Positions 30,565-32,000 of a stretch of DNA of 32,000 bases are shown piece after piece (position 1 is the first letter of the stretch; every line of letters starts with the position of its first letter). Source of the stretch: Candidatus Saccharimonadota bacterium (GTDB lineage Bacteria; Pseudomonadota; Gammaproteobacteria; Burkholderiales; Burkholderiaceae); NCBI GenBank assembly GCA_000147015.1, contig CP002161.1, positions 176,565 to 208,564 of the forward strand, given 5' to 3'. Under the pieces are notes generated by a model. The model was not told the DNA's origin. It searched no databases and saw only the letters and a program-made list of their open reading frames with translations. The position numbers and the translations under genes are program-made.

Positions 30565-31437
30565 ATGTATAAATTTTTTAAAAATATTCTAAATTTAATT
30601 AAATTTAAAATAAATATATTTATAATATTTTGCATATTATCTGTTATAATTTTAACAAATAATTATAATAAAAATTTTATAAAAATATTTTTTTCTATAA
30701 TAGGAATATTTTTTTTATCCAGTAGTTCTTTTATAATAAATAATATTTTAGAACGTAATATAGATAAAAAAATGAATAGAACAAAAAATAGAGTATTAGT
30801 CAAAAAAAAAATTAATATTAATATTATAATATTAATTTTAATAATATTTTTATTTTTAGGAATTATTATATTATATAAATTTGTTAATTTTAAAACAACT
30901 TTTTTAACATTTTTTATATTTATATTTTATTCAATAATATATACAAAATTTATTAAACCTTATACTATATATAATGTTGTTTTAGGAGGTATATCTGGTG
31001 CATTATTACCAATTTTATCATGTTTTATTGTTTCTAGTAAAATAAATTTAAAAATAATTTTTTTTTGTATAATAATATTCTTATGAACTCCACCTCATTT
31101 CTGAAGTTTATCTTTATATTTTTATAAAGATTACAAAAATTCTAATCTTTATATGTTACCTAAAATATATGGAAAAAAAATAACAAGAAAATATATATTA
31201 TTTTATTCTATTTTATTAATATTATTTACTTTTTTAATTTTTATTTTTAATTTTGCAAATAAAATTTATTTTTTTTTAATTTTTATTTTAAATATTGTAT
31301 TTTTTTTTATTATTTATAAATTATGTTTTTATTATAAAAAATATATTTATTATTTAAATTTTATTTTTTCTATAAAATATTTATTTTTTTTTTTTTTATT
31401 TTTAATAATAGATAATTTTTATTATTTTAAAAATTAA
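30565..31437 (+). CDS. cyoE: Protoheme IX farnesyltransferase (heme O synthase)
   Basis: Two track ORFs are in one frame, joined across TGA at 31084-31086 and 31102-31104. Motifs: NNILERNIDKKMNRTKNR (N..D..ID..M.RT..R), LGGISGALLP, WTPPHFWSLSL, YMLP. Multi-pass hydrophobic profile. Confidence 0.9.
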
Positions 31438-31753
31438 TTTTTTTTTTAATTAAATAATATAATTTTGATTTTTTTTTTTTTTTTAATTTTTTTAAAATTT
31501 TAATATTATTTATTGTATAAGAATATAATTTAAATATTCTTTTTATTCATGTTCCATAAGAAAATTTAATTAAAGTAAAACTTGTATTTATTCCTTTATT
31601 TTTTCTTGATATTACTAAACCTTGAAATATTTGATTTTTTTTTTTAAAATTTTCAAAAATATTTAAATTAATTGAAATTATATCACCAGAATCAAAATAT
31701 GGAAATTTTTTTTTTAAAATTTTTTTTTTTTCAATTTTATTTATTAAATTCAT
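31427..31753 (-). CDS. rplS: 50S ribosomal protein L19
   Basis: FDSGDIISINLNI...FQGLVISRKNKGINTSFTLIKFSYGT-W-IKRIF...SKLYYLIKK matches L19 (FRPGDTVEV...FEGVVIAIRNRGL...KAKLYYLRE). It reads through TGA at 31547-31549 to TAA at 31427-31429, overlapping the convergent cyoE end by 11 nt. Confidence 0.92.
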
Positions 31754-31988
31754 TTTTTTTAATAATAAATTTTATTATTTTTTTTGTACTTTTTGTAGTT
31801 TTTGCTCCTAATTTTATTCAAAAATCTAATCTATTTTTTAATAAATTAAATTTTTTTTTATTTATAGGATCATAATATCCTATTTTTTCTATATATTTAC
31901 CATTTCTAGAATTTCTAGAATTTATTATAATTATATTAAAAAATGGTAATTTTTTTTTTCCTTTTCTTGATAATCTTATTTTTAACAT
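31737..31988 (-). CDS. rpsP: 30S ribosomal protein S16
   Basis: 83 aa, [45 protein letters not shown]...[13 protein letters not shown] (cf [41 protein letters not shown]...RIAHWVGQGATIS). It overlaps the rplS start by 17 nt. Not in the track. Confidence 0.93.
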
Positions 31989-32000
31989 TTTAAATTTAAT

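Noticed and set aside
1-32000. A search for CRISPR arrays, transposases or integrases, toxin-antitoxin or defence genes, tRNA or rRNA genes, and G/C-rich structured RNAs.
   Set aside because: Nothing was found. Every stretch longer than about 140 bp is accounted for by a housekeeping gene, the purB relic, or A/T-only spacer. No regularly spaced repeats and no tRNA-like G/C-rich 70-90 nt patches are visible.

Overview
This is an extremely A+T-rich, gene-dense chromosome segment. G+C looks well under 20% by eye and was not computed. The window only reads sensibly under translation table 4 (TGA = Trp). Re-reading the supplied standard-code ORF track that way joins its fragments into 44 protein-coding genes plus one clear pseudogene (purB). 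I found no rRNA or tRNA genes, mobile elements, CRISPR arrays, or defence or secretion islands. The core is one uninterrupted minus-strand run of 33 translation genes from 25577 down to 8973: rpmB-rpmG, the str cluster rpsL-rpsG-fusA-tuf, then the S10, spc and alpha clusters. No intergenic gap in that run exceeds 17 nt. The left flank holds rsmA, mnmA, the purB relic, lysS, a ThiC-like ORF and valS. The right flank holds a short gyrA, metE-metF, a heme O synthase gene, and rplS-rpsP. Composition, genetic code and gene content (methionine synthesis, a respiratory cofactor gene, some aminoacyl-tRNA synthetases) fit a tiny-genome betaproteobacterial insect co-symbiont such as Candidatus Zinderia insecticola. 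That identification is inference and needs a database search. I did not find a new multi-gene system. The items worth a second look are genome-erosion phenomena:
- rplW is frameshifted in an A7 tract.
- A ThiC-like ORF stays open for 483 codons although its catalytic motifs are gone.
- A colinear but stop-riddled purB relic lies nearby.
- GyrA and RpoA both end exactly at the end of their N-terminal domains.
- rpmC and rimM-trmD are missing from their canonical slots.
- Divergent gene pairs sit 3-5 bp apart.
- One isolated G/C-containing hairpin lies between gyrA and metE.
- A 472-bp almost pure A/T non-coding stretch sits at the window start.
All coordinates include stop codons. Reading frames were checked by hand triplet by triplet for the genes where I state this.
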